28,513 nucleotides of DNA from a virus. Taxonomy: Duplodnaviria > Caudoviricetes. Shown here piece after piece: positions 16,522 to 26,094 of this stretch. The stretch lies in the IMG/VR virus record IMGVR_UViG_3300047403_000123, positions 1 through 28,513 of that record; one strand, given 5' to 3'. Positions within the stretch are counted from its first letter, which is position 1. Every line of letters starts with the position of its first letter. The translations under genes were made by a program, and so were the position numbers. The notes beneath the pieces were generated by a model. The model was not told the origin of the DNA. It saw only the letters and a program-made list of their open reading frames with translations, and searched no databases.

Positions 16522-18286
16522 CTGCTTTCCTATTGTATCCGTACACGCGATAAAACCCACTTTCCCGATCTTTCGCGTAAGTGATTGTGCCGGGCTGTTG
16601 GCCGTCCAGGGCTTGATACATTTGAAATTCGCGAATGGCTTTTGCCCATGTCGGATTCTTGTGCAACCAAAATGCAAACGACCGATATGGCGTTGTCACG
16701 TCAATCCGGTACATATCCCGCCCGGCTTTACTGATTGTTGGCACAACTGCCCAACTTACCACCATGTCAGTCTGTTTTGCATATGGGTCTTTTTTCATCT
16801 CCCGATATGCAATCTGCAGCTTTTCATTCGGATCGACGATCTCGCCCTTGCATTCCTCGCAATACCGCGCCGCAATGTCGTTTTCGTGCTCGCAATGTGG
16901 GCATCCTTTGCTGGTCCACCGATACTCGCACTGACGCATTTCACCGCGTACATTGTGAATCGCTTGGCATCGGCGGCCAAAATGGCCTGGCATCGCGCCC
17001 CATTCAGTGCTGATCGGGACATTATCCAAATCGCAAAAATAGCCGCTAGCGTCAATCGTGTAATTTTCCGGGTTTGGCCTAGCCCTGAATATGTTCATTT
17101 TCTTACATTCCGGGCATTTTACATCAAGAAACGTCTCGCCAGATTCTTTCGACAGCTTGATAGTCGGCGAAAATATATCGCCATCCGGGCAATGCCGTTC
17201 AAAATTCTCGGCATAATCCAACAGGAGGCAATCCGTCTTGCCTTCCGATATTCTAAGCCCACGGCCTACGATTTGCTGCATCAAACCAACGCTTTCCGTG
17301 GCCCGTAGCAGCGCCACGACATCGACGTGGGTTGCGTCGAATCCGGTCGTAAGCACGGCAACATTGACAAGATATTTGATCTCGCGGGCTTTGAACCGCG
17401 TCAATATATCGGCTCGGTCTTTTTGCGGTGTTTCGCCCGTGACAATGGCTGACAATTCCTCCGGCAAGCTGGCGAGGCATTCTTGCGCGTGTTGGATCGT
17501 GGCGGCAAAAATAAGCACGCCTTGGCGATTTTGCGCTTGGGCAATCACATCAGCAATAATAGCCGACGTTTTCCGCCCGTGCCCGTGATATGCGCGGTCT
17601 ATGTCCTCGGCGCTAAATTTGCCTTGGGCGTTCAATTCCATGTCCATGGTGCGATATGTATCAGCGTGGATCGCGCCAATTGTCGGCGGCGTCAAAAATT
17701 TCTGTTCGATCAATTCCGGCGCGCGGATTTGATACACGCAAGCGTCAAAATATGGGTTGCGCGTTTCGTGCTCCGATACTGGATTGCCGTTCGGCCATTG
17801 GCGGAAAATATAACCAGTTCCCAGCCGATATGGCGTTGCGGTCATGCCAACGACGCGCAAATTGTGGTTTGTCTCTTTTATCTTTTCAATGATGCCCTGA
17901 ACAGTCGGCGTGATCCCGTGGCATTCGTCCACGATCACCATGGCGAATTCATTGCCGAATTTCGCAATACGGTTGCGAACCGTCATTGGCGTCCCAAAGA
18001 CGACCGGATATCGTAATTCTTTCCGTCCGGCACTGGCCGAAAAAATAGACGCCGGCGAACCTGTCGCGATGTATTTCTCATAATTCTGCACCACCAACTC
18101 GGCGGATGGCGCGAGGCAAAGCACGCGCTTTCCATTGCTGATCCGATGGATTGTCTCGGCGACGGCGGAAATAATATGGCTTTTGCCCGCCCCCGTAGCC
18201 GCCTCGATCATGCACCGCGCCCGCGACTTGCGCACCCAATCAATGATCGCGTCATGCGCGGCTTGCTGGTATGGGCGGAGGGTCAT
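16505..18286 (-). CDS. SF2 DEAD/DEAH helicase (RadD/T1-like) with C-terminal zinc ribbons
   Basis: LRPYQ, ATGAGKS, DECH, TATP, LTTGFD, QIVGRGLR; CxxC pairs. Confidence 0.93.
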   Translation of the reverse strand: MTLRPYQQAAHDAIIDWVRKSRARCMIEAATGAGKSHIISAVAETIHRISNGKRVLCLAPSAELVVQNYEKYIATGSPASIFSASAGRKELRYPVVFGTPMTVRNRIAKFGNEFAMVIVDECHGITPTVQGIIEKIKETNHNLRVVGMTATPYRLGTGYIFRQWPNGNPVSEHETRNPYFDACVYQIRAPELIEQKFLTPPTIGAIHADTYRTMDMELNAQGKFSAEDIDRAYHGHGRKTSAIIADVIAQAQNRQGVLIFAATIQHAQECLASLPEELSAIVTGETPQKDRADILTRFKAREIKYLVNVAVLTTGFDATHVDVVALLRATESVGLMQQIVGRGLRISEGKTDCLLLDYAENFERHCPDGDIFSPTIKLSKESGETFLDVKCPECKKMNIFRARPNPENYTIDASGYFCDLDNVPISTEWGAMPGHFGRRCQAIHNVRGEMRQCEYRWTSKGCPHCEHENDIAARYCEECKGEIVDPNEKLQIAYREMKKDPYAKQTDMVVSWAVVPTISKAGRDMYRIDVTTPYRSFAFWLHKNPTWAKAIREFQMYQALDGQQPGTITYAKDRESGFYRVYGYNRKADEIPA

Positions 18287-18837
18287 TTTATTCCACAGCG
18301 TTCTGCTTCGATCATAAATTCATGATTTGCGGCAGGTGGCAGCCAAAATTCTAACTTTACGTTTAATTTCATGGTTTTGTCGGTTTGCGGCCATGGCTCT
18401 GGTTCTATTTCCATCGCTTGTTCGCGCTCGTCGTTTAATATCCGCGTATCGAATAATTTTACAAATTTAGAACAAGGCCATGCAAAATCATATTTTTCTG
18501 CAATTTTTTGCATTATGCCGTTTTCGATTTCAGCGTAATTTTTCAAATATGGTTTAATCGGCCGTGGAATGTCTCCAATATACGCCTCCGATGCGTCGTG
18601 CATTAACGCCTCACGGCAGATTGCTTGATCATATCCAAGTAACCTCATTTTCCGAGTAATAAGTACGCAATGCTCGGCGACAGAATAGAAGTCTAATGTA
18701 TGCCCAGCATATCGGTTTATCTTACTCAGAGATGCAGAAATATCCAAAATGTTAATATCCTCAATTCTTGGATCAAGCGGCCAAAACTGGCCGCCTGTAT
18801 GGGTTTGCATCCAGTCGCCTTTACGATCATTTTTCAT
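18283..18837 (-). CDS. HD-domain 5'-deoxynucleotidase-like phosphohydrolase (YfbR/YfdR-like)
   Basis: RYAGH..YSVAEH..ALMHDASEAYIGDIPRPIK. Confidence 0.88.
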   Translation of the reverse strand: MKNDRKGDWMQTHTGGQFWPLDPRIEDINILDISASLSKINRYAGHTLDFYSVAEHCVLITRKMRLLGYDQAICREALMHDASEAYIGDIPRPIKPYLKNYAEIENGIMQKIAEKYDFAWPCSKFVKLFDTRILNDEREQAMEIEPEPWPQTDKTMKLNVKLEFWLPPAANHEFMIEAERCGIK

Positions 18838-18848
18838 TGGTTTCGCCT

Positions 18849-19718
18849 CTAAATTAGTTTTTGTTGCCTGTCTACTTCATCCAGATATTTACATGCCTGC
18901 TTAAAGTAGCTTTCTTTTAACTCAACCCCGACAAATTTGCGGCCCAATTTTAAGGATTGATAGCCCTCGCTCCCAATCCCCATGAATGGAGAAAGGACGA
19001 TATCGCCAGGGTTCGACCACATGACGAGCGAACGCTCGATCACATCAAGCTGAAGCGGGCAAAGGTGGCGTTCATCGCCGGCAGCCTTCGCCGCCTTGAC
19101 GTTCAGCACGTTGGATTGATCGACCGACATCCAGACCGGAGACGCCCATTCCTGCCACTGATCGAGCGGGAAATCCTCGGGCGTGTGATTGATCGGCGAT
19201 AGGTTTTCACCAGGCTTGACGAATGTCAGCAGATAGTCCGGCATCCCGCCGCGCGATTTCGCACTATCCTTTTGCAACTGCTTGTAAAGCAGTCCGACGT
19301 GTTTCGTGCGGGTCATCTCGACAACCGGGCACTTCCAGATTGTCCGGCGCCCATGCAAAATCCATCCGGCATCTTCATGGATTTTGATGATCTGCCCGGA
19401 GAAATCCTTGATCCCAACCGCGCCGTCTTTCCATTTAGTCATCGGAAGATCCGAGCAGTGAACGGAAGTGATCCGCCCCGGCTTGGTAACGCGGAACAAT
19501 TCGCGCACGAGATAGGAATAATGCGCGGCAAATTCCTCGTCCGTCGAATTGCCCATATCGGCAGCCGACTCGCTATAAACGAACAGCGAACCGAAAGGCG
19601 GCGAATAGACCGAATGCCCGACGAAATCGGACGGAAACTGCGACACCACGTCCACACAGTCGCCGTTGAACGCCTGAAAAGAGGCGCCATGATATGAGTT
19701 CAAGCAGCGGATATCCAT
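18849..19718 (-). CDS. Amino (N4-C/N6-A) DNA methyltransferase, beta class
   Basis: Motif IV YSPPF, HLCPLQLDVIER, motif I SPFMGIGSEG, GVELKESYF. Confidence 0.9.
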   Translation of the reverse strand: MDIRCLNSYHGASFQAFNGDCVDVVSQFPSDFVGHSVYSPPFGSLFVYSESAADMGNSTDEEFAAHYSYLVRELFRVTKPGRITSVHCSDLPMTKWKDGAVGIKDFSGQIIKIHEDAGWILHGRRTIWKCPVVEMTRTKHVGLLYKQLQKDSAKSRGGMPDYLLTFVKPGENLSPINHTPEDFPLDQWQEWASPVWMSVDQSNVLNVKAAKAAGDERHLCPLQLDVIERSLVMWSNPGDIVLSPFMGIGSEGYQSLKLGRKFVGVELKESYFKQACKYLDEVDRQQKLI

Positions 19719-21091
19719 GGCGCGAGCTTTCCAGTCTTGTTCGGATGATAGGGAACCTTGGCGATAGCAGCCGAGCCGGTCGCTCGGCGCATGGCGTCGT
19801 ACATGGCACGCTTCATCTTGGCGTGGTCATCGGCCTTGCGATCAATCACGCGACCGATTTCATCCTCGCCTTCGGCGACGATCAGGTGGACTTGTAGCGT
19901 CCTAGTCTGCCCGAACCGCCAGCATCGGCGCACGGCATGATACCATGTCTCATAACTGTATGATCGGCCGACGAATGCCATGCGGGCGCAGTGCGACCAG
20001 TCAAGCCCATATCCAAGCATCGACGGCTTGCCGATCAAATATCTGATTTCACCGGCCTCGAATGCGGCAATCCGTTCTTCCTTTTTCTCGACTAGCATCG
20101 ACCCGCGCACGTCAACCGCATCTGGGATAGCGCGCAGCACGGCGTCAGATTCGTAATCGGTATCAACCCATATAAGCCAAGCCTCATCGGGATCGGCGGC
20201 CACCGCCGCAGCCAATTCTTCCGCCCGCGCCTCCGAGGTCTGGCGCTTCACGTCATGCAATCCGGTCGCGCTCATTTGCGGCGCGCCGAATAGATCGCTC
20301 AATTCACGGTCAATCCGGCTGTCCTTCGCGCGGTGCCGGATAACATCAAACGGCGGCAGCGTGAACCGCGCATCGTTTGCGGTGTCGCCAAGGTCTGACG
20401 GCTTTTCAGCCATCCGGGACCATGATGCCATCCAATCCCAAAACGCCCTGACAGCATGACCCTTTAGCCGCCATTCCTGCGATGCGGTCGAAGTGTCGTT
20501 GATGAAAAACCGCGACAGCATTTCGTTCGCGGCCATGACCTGCAGGAACTCGGCATAGTTTCCGAGTTCCATATGATCGTTTGGAGCCGGCGTCGCAGTA
20601 GCCACCAACCGGAAACGATAGCCGCGAAACGCATCGATCAGCGCCCGCGTCGTCTTGCCGGTAAACGATTTGAGGATAGATGCCTCGTCCAAGGACACAA
20701 TCCCGAACTGCGTCGGGTCGATCTTGTCCAGCCGGTCATAGTTGATAATGTTAATACCTGGGCCGGCTTCCGACTGGTCGCGGATCACTCGGGCTTCATA
20801 TCCATATTTATCAGCGCGGCGCTTGGTCTGCCCAGCAACCGCTAGCGGTGTCAGTATCAACGCGCGGCCGTTCGTGGCCTCGATAGCCTTTTGACACCAT
20901 TCAAGCTGGCATTCAGTTTTACCCAGGCCGGTGTCCAAAAACAGCCCAGACGTTCCGACGCGCAAGTTAAATTCAACGACTGTCCGTTGAAACTGAAACA
21001 AGTGTTCAGCCAATTCCGGGACTTTTGAAAGCCCGCGTTCATATGCTTTGACTTGTTTTGACTTTAGAAAAGCCTCGTATTCTTTTTTCAT
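19700..21091 (-). CDS. SNF2-like SF2 helicase associated with the methyltransferase
   Basis: DTGLGKT, DEAS, TATPAPND, RRCWRFGQ; ATGA-coupled start at 21091. Confidence 0.88.
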   Translation of the reverse strand: MKKEYEAFLKSKQVKAYERGLSKVPELAEHLFQFQRTVVEFNLRVGTSGLFLDTGLGKTECQLEWCQKAIEATNGRALILTPLAVAGQTKRRADKYGYEARVIRDQSEAGPGINIINYDRLDKIDPTQFGIVSLDEASILKSFTGKTTRALIDAFRGYRFRLVATATPAPNDHMELGNYAEFLQVMAANEMLSRFFINDTSTASQEWRLKGHAVRAFWDWMASWSRMAEKPSDLGDTANDARFTLPPFDVIRHRAKDSRIDRELSDLFGAPQMSATGLHDVKRQTSEARAEELAAAVAADPDEAWLIWVDTDYESDAVLRAIPDAVDVRGSMLVEKKEERIAAFEAGEIRYLIGKPSMLGYGLDWSHCARMAFVGRSYSYETWYHAVRRCWRFGQTRTLQVHLIVAEGEDEIGRVIDRKADDHAKMKRAMYDAMRRATGSAAIAKVPYHPNKTGKLAPWISAA

Positions 21092-21966
21092 TTCACCACC
21101 CAATACTCCGACGGCTTCCCGCGCCACTTTTCAAGGTCGGCGTTCGGAATAAGCTCTTTGATCGCTTTGGCATAGCTGATCGCGCCGGCTTTGCGGACTA
21201 GCGTTAAACTGCGCCCGGCAATCTTGGCATCCGCGCCGCCGGTCATTTCAATCATGCGGTCGATCAATTCGCGCTTGCGCTTTTCAGCCTCCGCGATCTC
21301 TCGACATGTATCATCGTATTCAGCCATCAACTGCGACGCGGCCGGCGACGTGATCTCCAATATCGCAGCCGCAAGATGGTCGCCGGGGTTTTCACGCTCA
21401 ACCAGATACTGCCGCCAAAAGGCGATTAATTTAGGGAACGCGCTGGCAATAAATCCCGGTGCATACGGCACCCGTTCCAACGCGGTGCCGTTCGGTGCCC
21501 ATTGATAAAAGTCGCACCACGCCCGATGCGTGACGTGCATCTGTATTTGCATCTGCGCCCAATAGTGCATTTGATCTTTGGCAGACCGAAAATCCGGGTT
21601 TTCCTCATTCCGCAGTCGAAACGGGCACTTGACCTCGATCAAACCGTCATTATCGACAAGCCCATCCGGCGACGCGCCAAGCCATTCTTCAAACTCATAG
21701 AATCCGGTCGATATGACCTTCCGCCCGGTTTCCATCTCGTATTCGACGATGGCGCCGGGCTCGTGCATGGTGCCCCATTGCGTCGCAATGTTGCCAGTAA
21801 ATTCAGGCTCCGCGCCATGCCATTCGCGCACCTTTCGGCGCATGACATCATCGGCCTTTTGAAATGGCGAATAGCCAAGGATGGCCCCGATCTCTGATCC
21901 TGTGATGCGCCCTTTTCGGGCCGCATACCATGCCGGACTTCGTTGTTCGTTCATGGAAAAACTCAT
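21088..21966 (-). CDS. YqaJ / lambda-exonuclease family recombination nuclease
   Basis: QRSPAW..RKGRITGS, WG..HE, GASPDG, IEVKCP, YWAQMQIQM; start 21966 or 21954. Confidence 0.92.
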   Translation of the reverse strand: MSFSMNEQRSPAWYAARKGRITGSEIGAILGYSPFQKADDVMRRKVREWHGAEPEFTGNIATQWGTMHEPGAIVEYEMETGRKVISTGFYEFEEWLGASPDGLVDNDGLIEVKCPFRLRNEENPDFRSAKDQMHYWAQMQIQMHVTHRAWCDFYQWAPNGTALERVPYAPGFIASAFPKLIAFWRQYLVERENPGDHLAAAILEITSPAASQLMAEYDDTCREIAEAEKRKRELIDRMIEMTGGADAKIAGRSLTLVRKAGAISYAKAIKELIPNADLEKWRGKPSEYWVVK

Positions 21967-21976
21967 TAAGGGAATA

Positions 21977-22001
21977 ACGGCGCGCTGGGTTAACGCGCCG
22001 T
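21977..22001 (-). terminator. GC hairpin after the SSB gene (weak terminator or mRNA stabiliser)
   Basis: ACGGCGCG-N9-CGCGCCGT; poor U-tract. Confidence 0.45.
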
Positions 22002-22011
22002 CAACTTTTAT

Positions 22012-22581
22012 TTAGAACGGCACGTCGTCCGAAACCGCCGTCGTTGCGGGCGCCGGCTTGGGAACCATTCGGCCGGCGGGCGCTGGTGTAGCGGCGGCCG
22101 CCCCATTCTTGGCGGAAACCTTCCTAATCCAGTTTCCGCGCATCTGCTTGTTGTCGTCCGTTGTCATTTCCCAAACCATGATCTCGACCATCATAGGCTT
22201 GTTTACAAGGCATGTGCCAAGCCGCTCGTCGTTCGGCTCGTCATCAGTAGACAACAGCTTGCCGCCGCAGTTCTTGTCAATCGCGGCAAACATCTTTTTA
22301 GCGTTATCGCGCTTTTTGTCAGCGTCCTTCGCGCGGGGGTCCGGGTCTCTAATCCAGAGCTTCTGGAACACTTTGCGGTTTTTGTATTCGGGCGGACTAA
22401 GTACCGTCCACCGCAAAGACACAAACTGATCGCCGATTTGAGTGGTGTCCCACTTTGCCTCATCGATCATAGCTACGGCAGTCGTGTTATTCGGGATCGG
22501 CTCAAGATTGCCGCCATCGGCTTCATAGGTGCCGTCAGTTTGGCGGAGGTCTTCGCCGGTTGAAGTTGTCCAAAAAGACAT
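22012..22581 (-). CDS. Single-stranded DNA-binding protein (DUF669-like)
   Basis: EPIP..YKNRKVFQKL..GNWI; Pro/Ala linker and acidic DDVPF tail; lies between the ATPase and exonuclease. Confidence 0.8.
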   Translation of the reverse strand: MSFWTTSTGEDLRQTDGTYEADGGNLEPIPNNTTAVAMIDEAKWDTTQIGDQFVSLRWTVLSPPEYKNRKVFQKLWIRDPDPRAKDADKKRDNAKKMFAAIDKNCGGKLLSTDDEPNDERLGTCLVNKPMMVEIMVWEMTTDDNKQMRGNWIRKVSAKNGAAAATPAPAGRMVPKPAPATTAVSDDVPF

Positions 22582-22583
22582 GA

Positions 22584-23345
22584 TTAGCTCCTAAGCGCGG
22601 GGATAAAAGCGACAAGCGGGTTTTCGCCGGTCGGGACGGGCAACGGCTCTGTGATGCCGTAGCGATTTTTCGAGACATTGGCTGCTGTTGCGTAAGTTAT
22701 CAACTCCCGCGCACCTGACGACACGGCCTTTTTTCGCTCGCCTTCGCCGGTCGTGTAGGTTTCCAGCCGCAGGAACCCTACAACGTCCACATCATCGACA
22801 TAAGCCGGCATCGACTTTTCATGCAGGCGCAGTGTATAACGCATATATGCGTCGCTGTCCGGCGGCTCGATCCTGGCCGTGTCGGCATGCGCGACAAATA
22901 CCGTGTGCATCCCGCGTTTTTCTGCCAGGATGCCGGCGGCTTTCCGCACGCGGCCGTGCATGGCCGCCACCGCATCGCGTCCGGCACCATAACCGCCGTG
23001 GGCTTGCTGAATGCCCTTCGGCTTTTTTGGATCGCTGTCGATCACCGATTGCACAAACAATCGCTCAAGCGCCGTAACGCTATCGACGATCAGCGTACCG
23101 TATTCGTGCGGCTCGTGGATCAACGCTTTTAGCTGCTCCCACAGATCGTCTACGCCTCCAAGCAGCGGGAACGCATCCGGGCGCGACTTTGCCGCGATGG
23201 CCTGCAAGCCATCTTCAGCTCGGATCACGATGGGATTAGGAAAAGTCGCCGCTAGGCTTGTCTTGCCAACGCCGCTATCGCCGCATATCGTCACGATCAC
23301 CGGCCGATCAGCGGGTTTACTGATCGATTTCATAATTGCGCTCAT
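22584..23345 (-). CDS. AAA_24 / Sak4-like ATPase (single-strand annealing recombinase)
   Basis: GDSGVGKTS, LIVDS, GGYGAG, FVAH, SKNRY. Confidence 0.88.
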   Translation of the reverse strand: MSAIMKSISKPADRPVIVTICGDSGVGKTSLAATFPNPIVIRAEDGLQAIAAKSRPDAFPLLGGVDDLWEQLKALIHEPHEYGTLIVDSVTALERLFVQSVIDSDPKKPKGIQQAHGGYGAGRDAVAAMHGRVRKAAGILAEKRGMHTVFVAHADTARIEPPDSDAYMRYTLRLHEKSMPAYVDDVDVVGFLRLETYTTGEGERKKAVSSGARELITYATAANVSKNRYGITEPLPVPTGENPLVAFIPALRS

Positions 23346-23368
23346 TGAGCACCTCTCTTTCTACGCCG

Positions 23369-23400
23369 TTGACAATGGCGGCGGCGCGGTCCAATGTCAA
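23369..23400. promoter_or_regulatory. Overlapping divergent promoters within an inverted repeat
   Basis: TTGACAATGG-N12-CCAATGTCAA gives TTGACA-N17-CAATGT on + and TTGACA-N17-CATTGT on -. Confidence 0.65.
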
Positions 23401-23424
23401 GCCCGTATTGTCGGAAATCACACA

Positions 23425-23616
23425 ATGCCCCGAAAAATCGACGTCGCGCGTTTGCGCGAGAAACTGGCCGACCGCAACTTAGTGGTCGTGTCCGCAAGAA
23501 CCGGAATACATGTCAATACGATAAGAGCTATTGCCACGGGCGTAACCCGCGCCCACCGGCCCGAAACCTTGCAACGGCTTCGGGCGTACCTGGAGGGGCG
23601 TCGCCATGTATCGTGA
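23425..23616 (+). CDS. Cro-like HTH DNA-binding protein (63 aa)
   Basis: LADRNLVVVSARTGIHVNTIRAIATG...ETLQRL; first gene before the primase. Confidence 0.78.
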   Translation: MPRKIDVARLREKLADRNLVVVSARTGIHVNTIRAIATGVTRAHRPETLQRLRAYLEGRRHVS

Positions 23617-25888
23617 ATTCTGGGCGGCAGGATATCGCATTTTTGGGCTTTACAGTGCAACGAAAGACGGCCGGTGCGCGTGCGGCAACCGCGACTGTAA
23701 AGCCGTGCTCAAGCATCCGCTGGCATCAAACTGGCAGCACACCCCGATCTGGTCGGAAGATCAGATCGAAGCCAGCGAGATGGCCGATCAATTCATCACC
23801 GGCTACGGCGTATTGTGTCGCAAGTTGCTCGTCATTGATGTTGATGCCCGGAACGGTGGCGTCGAATCATTAGCACGGCTGCTTCAACGCATCCCAGCCA
23901 TTGCTGGTGCCGGCTTGATTGTCGCCACAGGGTCCGGCGGCGGGTCGAAGCATTATTACTTCGGGATCGACGATGGCCTCGCGCTCCAAAGCCACCTTGC
24001 TGAATATCCCGGCATCGATTTCAAATCATCTGGCTACGTCGTCGGCCCTGGCTCATTACATGCCAGCGGCAATCGGTATGAAGTCCTCGTCGGCAGCCCC
24101 GGCGACATTGATGCGGCACCACCCGAATTGATTGAGCTATTACGTAAGCCGGAGCGCCACCGCGCGGATGTCGGCGGTCAAGTCATGGACGTATCCCACG
24201 CTGACATCGACGACATGCTGCGCCACGTTAATGCGGACACCGATCATGAAACGTGGATACGCTGCGGCATGGCTATCCATCATGCGACGGGCGGAACCGG
24301 GTTTGATGTTTGGGACAAGTGGTCCGCGACTGGCACGAAATACCCCGGCCGTGACAATCTTGAAAAGCGGTGGCACAGTTTCGGCAAGTCTGCAAATCCG
24401 GTGACGTTGGGAACGCTTGTGCACCACGCCGAACAGGGCGGATGGACGCAATCGGTGACGTTTGAATTGCCGCTAGACGAAACGCCGCCGGAACCGGGCG
24501 ACCTGCCGAAAAGCGGGATTCCATTCGACATCACAGGAATTGATCTCAAACGTCCGCCCGGTTTTGTCGGTCGGCTCACCGAGTGGATAAACGATCAATG
24601 CCGCCGGCCGCGCGAACACGTTGCCGTGGCAGCCGCGATCAACTGCGTCGGGAATATCGTGGGATTACGTTATACCGACGACTTGGATGCGGTCACAGCT
24701 AATACCATGATTTTCTGTGTTGCTGATTCCGGCACCGGCAAGGACGCAGTTCTCAAAGCGACAACAGAAATCAACGCGGCGGCCGGCATTCATCCAGCCA
24801 GCCACGGTTCGATCAAATCAGAGCAGGAAATAGCGCGCAATCTCACGCGCCACCAAGCCGCGCTATATTTCATCGACGAGTTTGGCATTTTCCTCAGCAA
24901 AGTCCGTAATGCTCAGAAAAAAGGCGGCGCGATATACCTTGACGGCGTGATCGGCTTGCTCATGTCGGCTTACACCAAAGCCGATGGCAGCTTGTTGCTA
25001 ACCGGCGACATGAAGGAACACGTCCTCGGCGAACTGATGCGGGAAGCCAAGCAGATCGAAAAACACATGGAAGAAAAAGGCGGTTCCCGCAAAATGGAGA
25101 TGCACATAAAGTCGATTCAGCATCAAATCGAAAACATTGATAAAGGATTGCAGCGCCCGTTTTTGTCGCTTCTCGGATTTACCACAGGGTCCACGTTTAA
25201 CGATCTGGTCGATTACAATTCGGCGACAAACGGCTTTATCGGCCGCGCATTGTTGTTCGTCGAGCACGAAAGCACGCCACGGGCAAAAGAGGATTTTCGC
25301 AAGCGGCCGATGCCGGAAAATCTCAAAATGGCGTTGTCCCAGCTATATACGGCCGGCGAGTATGACATGACCGATATCGGTCGCGTCGAGCACTATTTCG
25401 ATTTGATCAAAATCCCCACCGTCGAAAAAGCCATTGCCATGCTCAAGACGGCGCAAAAATGGTTCGACGACAAGGCAGAGGAATTGAAAAGCGCCGGAAA
25501 CCTCGAAGCTCTCGGGTTGCGCGCCTACGAGCTTGTAGCAAAGGTATCTTTGATCCTATCAGTTCCTGAAGGCATCCGCACCGAAGAACATGTCCGCTGG
25601 GCCTTCGCCCTTGTAAAGCGAGACCTTGAAACAAAATGCAATTTAGTCACCGCTAATGCACGAGACAAAGACGATCCGGCGCTCGCGATGAAGTCGAAAA
25701 TCATTTACATCATTGGCGGTGATGAAGGCGAAACGACATCCGTAATCTGCGACCGGCTGCGGAAATATAAACGCGCCGATATCGAAAAGTGTCTCGATCT
25801 GATGCAGAAAGAAGGCACGGTAACCGTGGAGGAAAGCGTGCATAAGTACAATAAAAAGAAAGTAAGGCGTTATCGATTTATCGGTTGA
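23606..25888 (+). CDS. Bifunctional primase-polymerase (Prim-Pol) plus PriCT-2 plus a C-terminal P-loop helicase-like (DUF3987-like) domain
   Basis: CACG..C..KHP, VIDVDARNGG, TGSGGGSKHYYF, GYVVGPGSLH, WIRCGMA..WDKWS..KY, Walker A ADSGTGKD, Walker B FIDEFG. Confidence 0.92.
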   Translation: MYREFWAAGYRIFGLYSATKDGRCACGNRDCKAVLKHPLASNWQHTPIWSEDQIEASEMADQFITGYGVLCRKLLVIDVDARNGGVESLARLLQRIPAIAGAGLIVATGSGGGSKHYYFGIDDGLALQSHLAEYPGIDFKSSGYVVGPGSLHASGNRYEVLVGSPGDIDAAPPELIELLRKPERHRADVGGQVMDVSHADIDDMLRHVNADTDHETWIRCGMAIHHATGGTGFDVWDKWSATGTKYPGRDNLEKRWHSFGKSANPVTLGTLVHHAEQGGWTQSVTFELPLDETPPEPGDLPKSGIPFDITGIDLKRPPGFVGRLTEWINDQCRRPREHVAVAAAINCVGNIVGLRYTDDLDAVTANTMIFCVADSGTGKDAVLKATTEINAAAGIHPASHGSIKSEQEIARNLTRHQAALYFIDEFGIFLSKVRNAQKKGGAIYLDGVIGLLMSAYTKADGSLLLTGDMKEHVLGELMREAKQIEKHMEEKGGSRKMEMHIKSIQHQIENIDKGLQRPFLSLLGFTTGSTFNDLVDYNSATNGFIGRALLFVEHESTPRAKEDFRKRPMPENLKMALSQLYTAGEYDMTDIGRVEHYFDLIKIPTVEKAIAMLKTAQKWFDDKAEELKSAGNLEALGLRAYELVAKVSLILSVPEGIRTEEHVRWAFALVKRDLETKCNLVTANARDKDDPALAMKSKIIYIIGGDEGETTSVICDRLRKYKRADIEKCLDLMQKEGTVTVEESVHKYNKKKVRRYRFIG

Positions 25889-25890
25889 TC

Positions 25891-26094
25891 TTACCTTTTT
25901 GCCTGCCGCATGACCACCTCCAGCTTGTGCTTGTCACCATCCACAAGAATTAAAACAGCCGCGACCGGCGGAGGCGGGCCTTTATTTTCAGCCCACCGTT
26001 GGCCAGTCCGTTTCGACATTCCCAAAGCTCTGCCGGCGTCTTCTTGAGACAATCCAAGCCGCTCGATCTCATATAGATATTGCTTCCGGGTCAT
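25891..26094 (-). CDS. Small XRE/Cro-like HTH protein
   Basis: MTRKQY..RLGLSQEDAGRALGMSKRTGQRW; ATGA coupling to gcrA. Confidence 0.8.
   Translation of the reverse strand: MTRKQYLYEIERLGLSQEDAGRALGMSKRTGQRWAENKGPPPPVAAVLILVDGDKHKLEVVMRQAKR

Noticed and set aside
16499-18016. Long antisense ORFs (for example 16499..17308 and 17483..18016, likewise 1107..1670 and 6385..7014)
   Set aside because: They are shadows of well-supported genes in GC-rich DNA, with no motifs or RBS.
15485-18837. 2-aminoadenine (dZ) genome pathway
   Set aside because: No purZ or dedicated polymerase is present in the window; HD and pyrophosphatase-like genes alone are insufficient.
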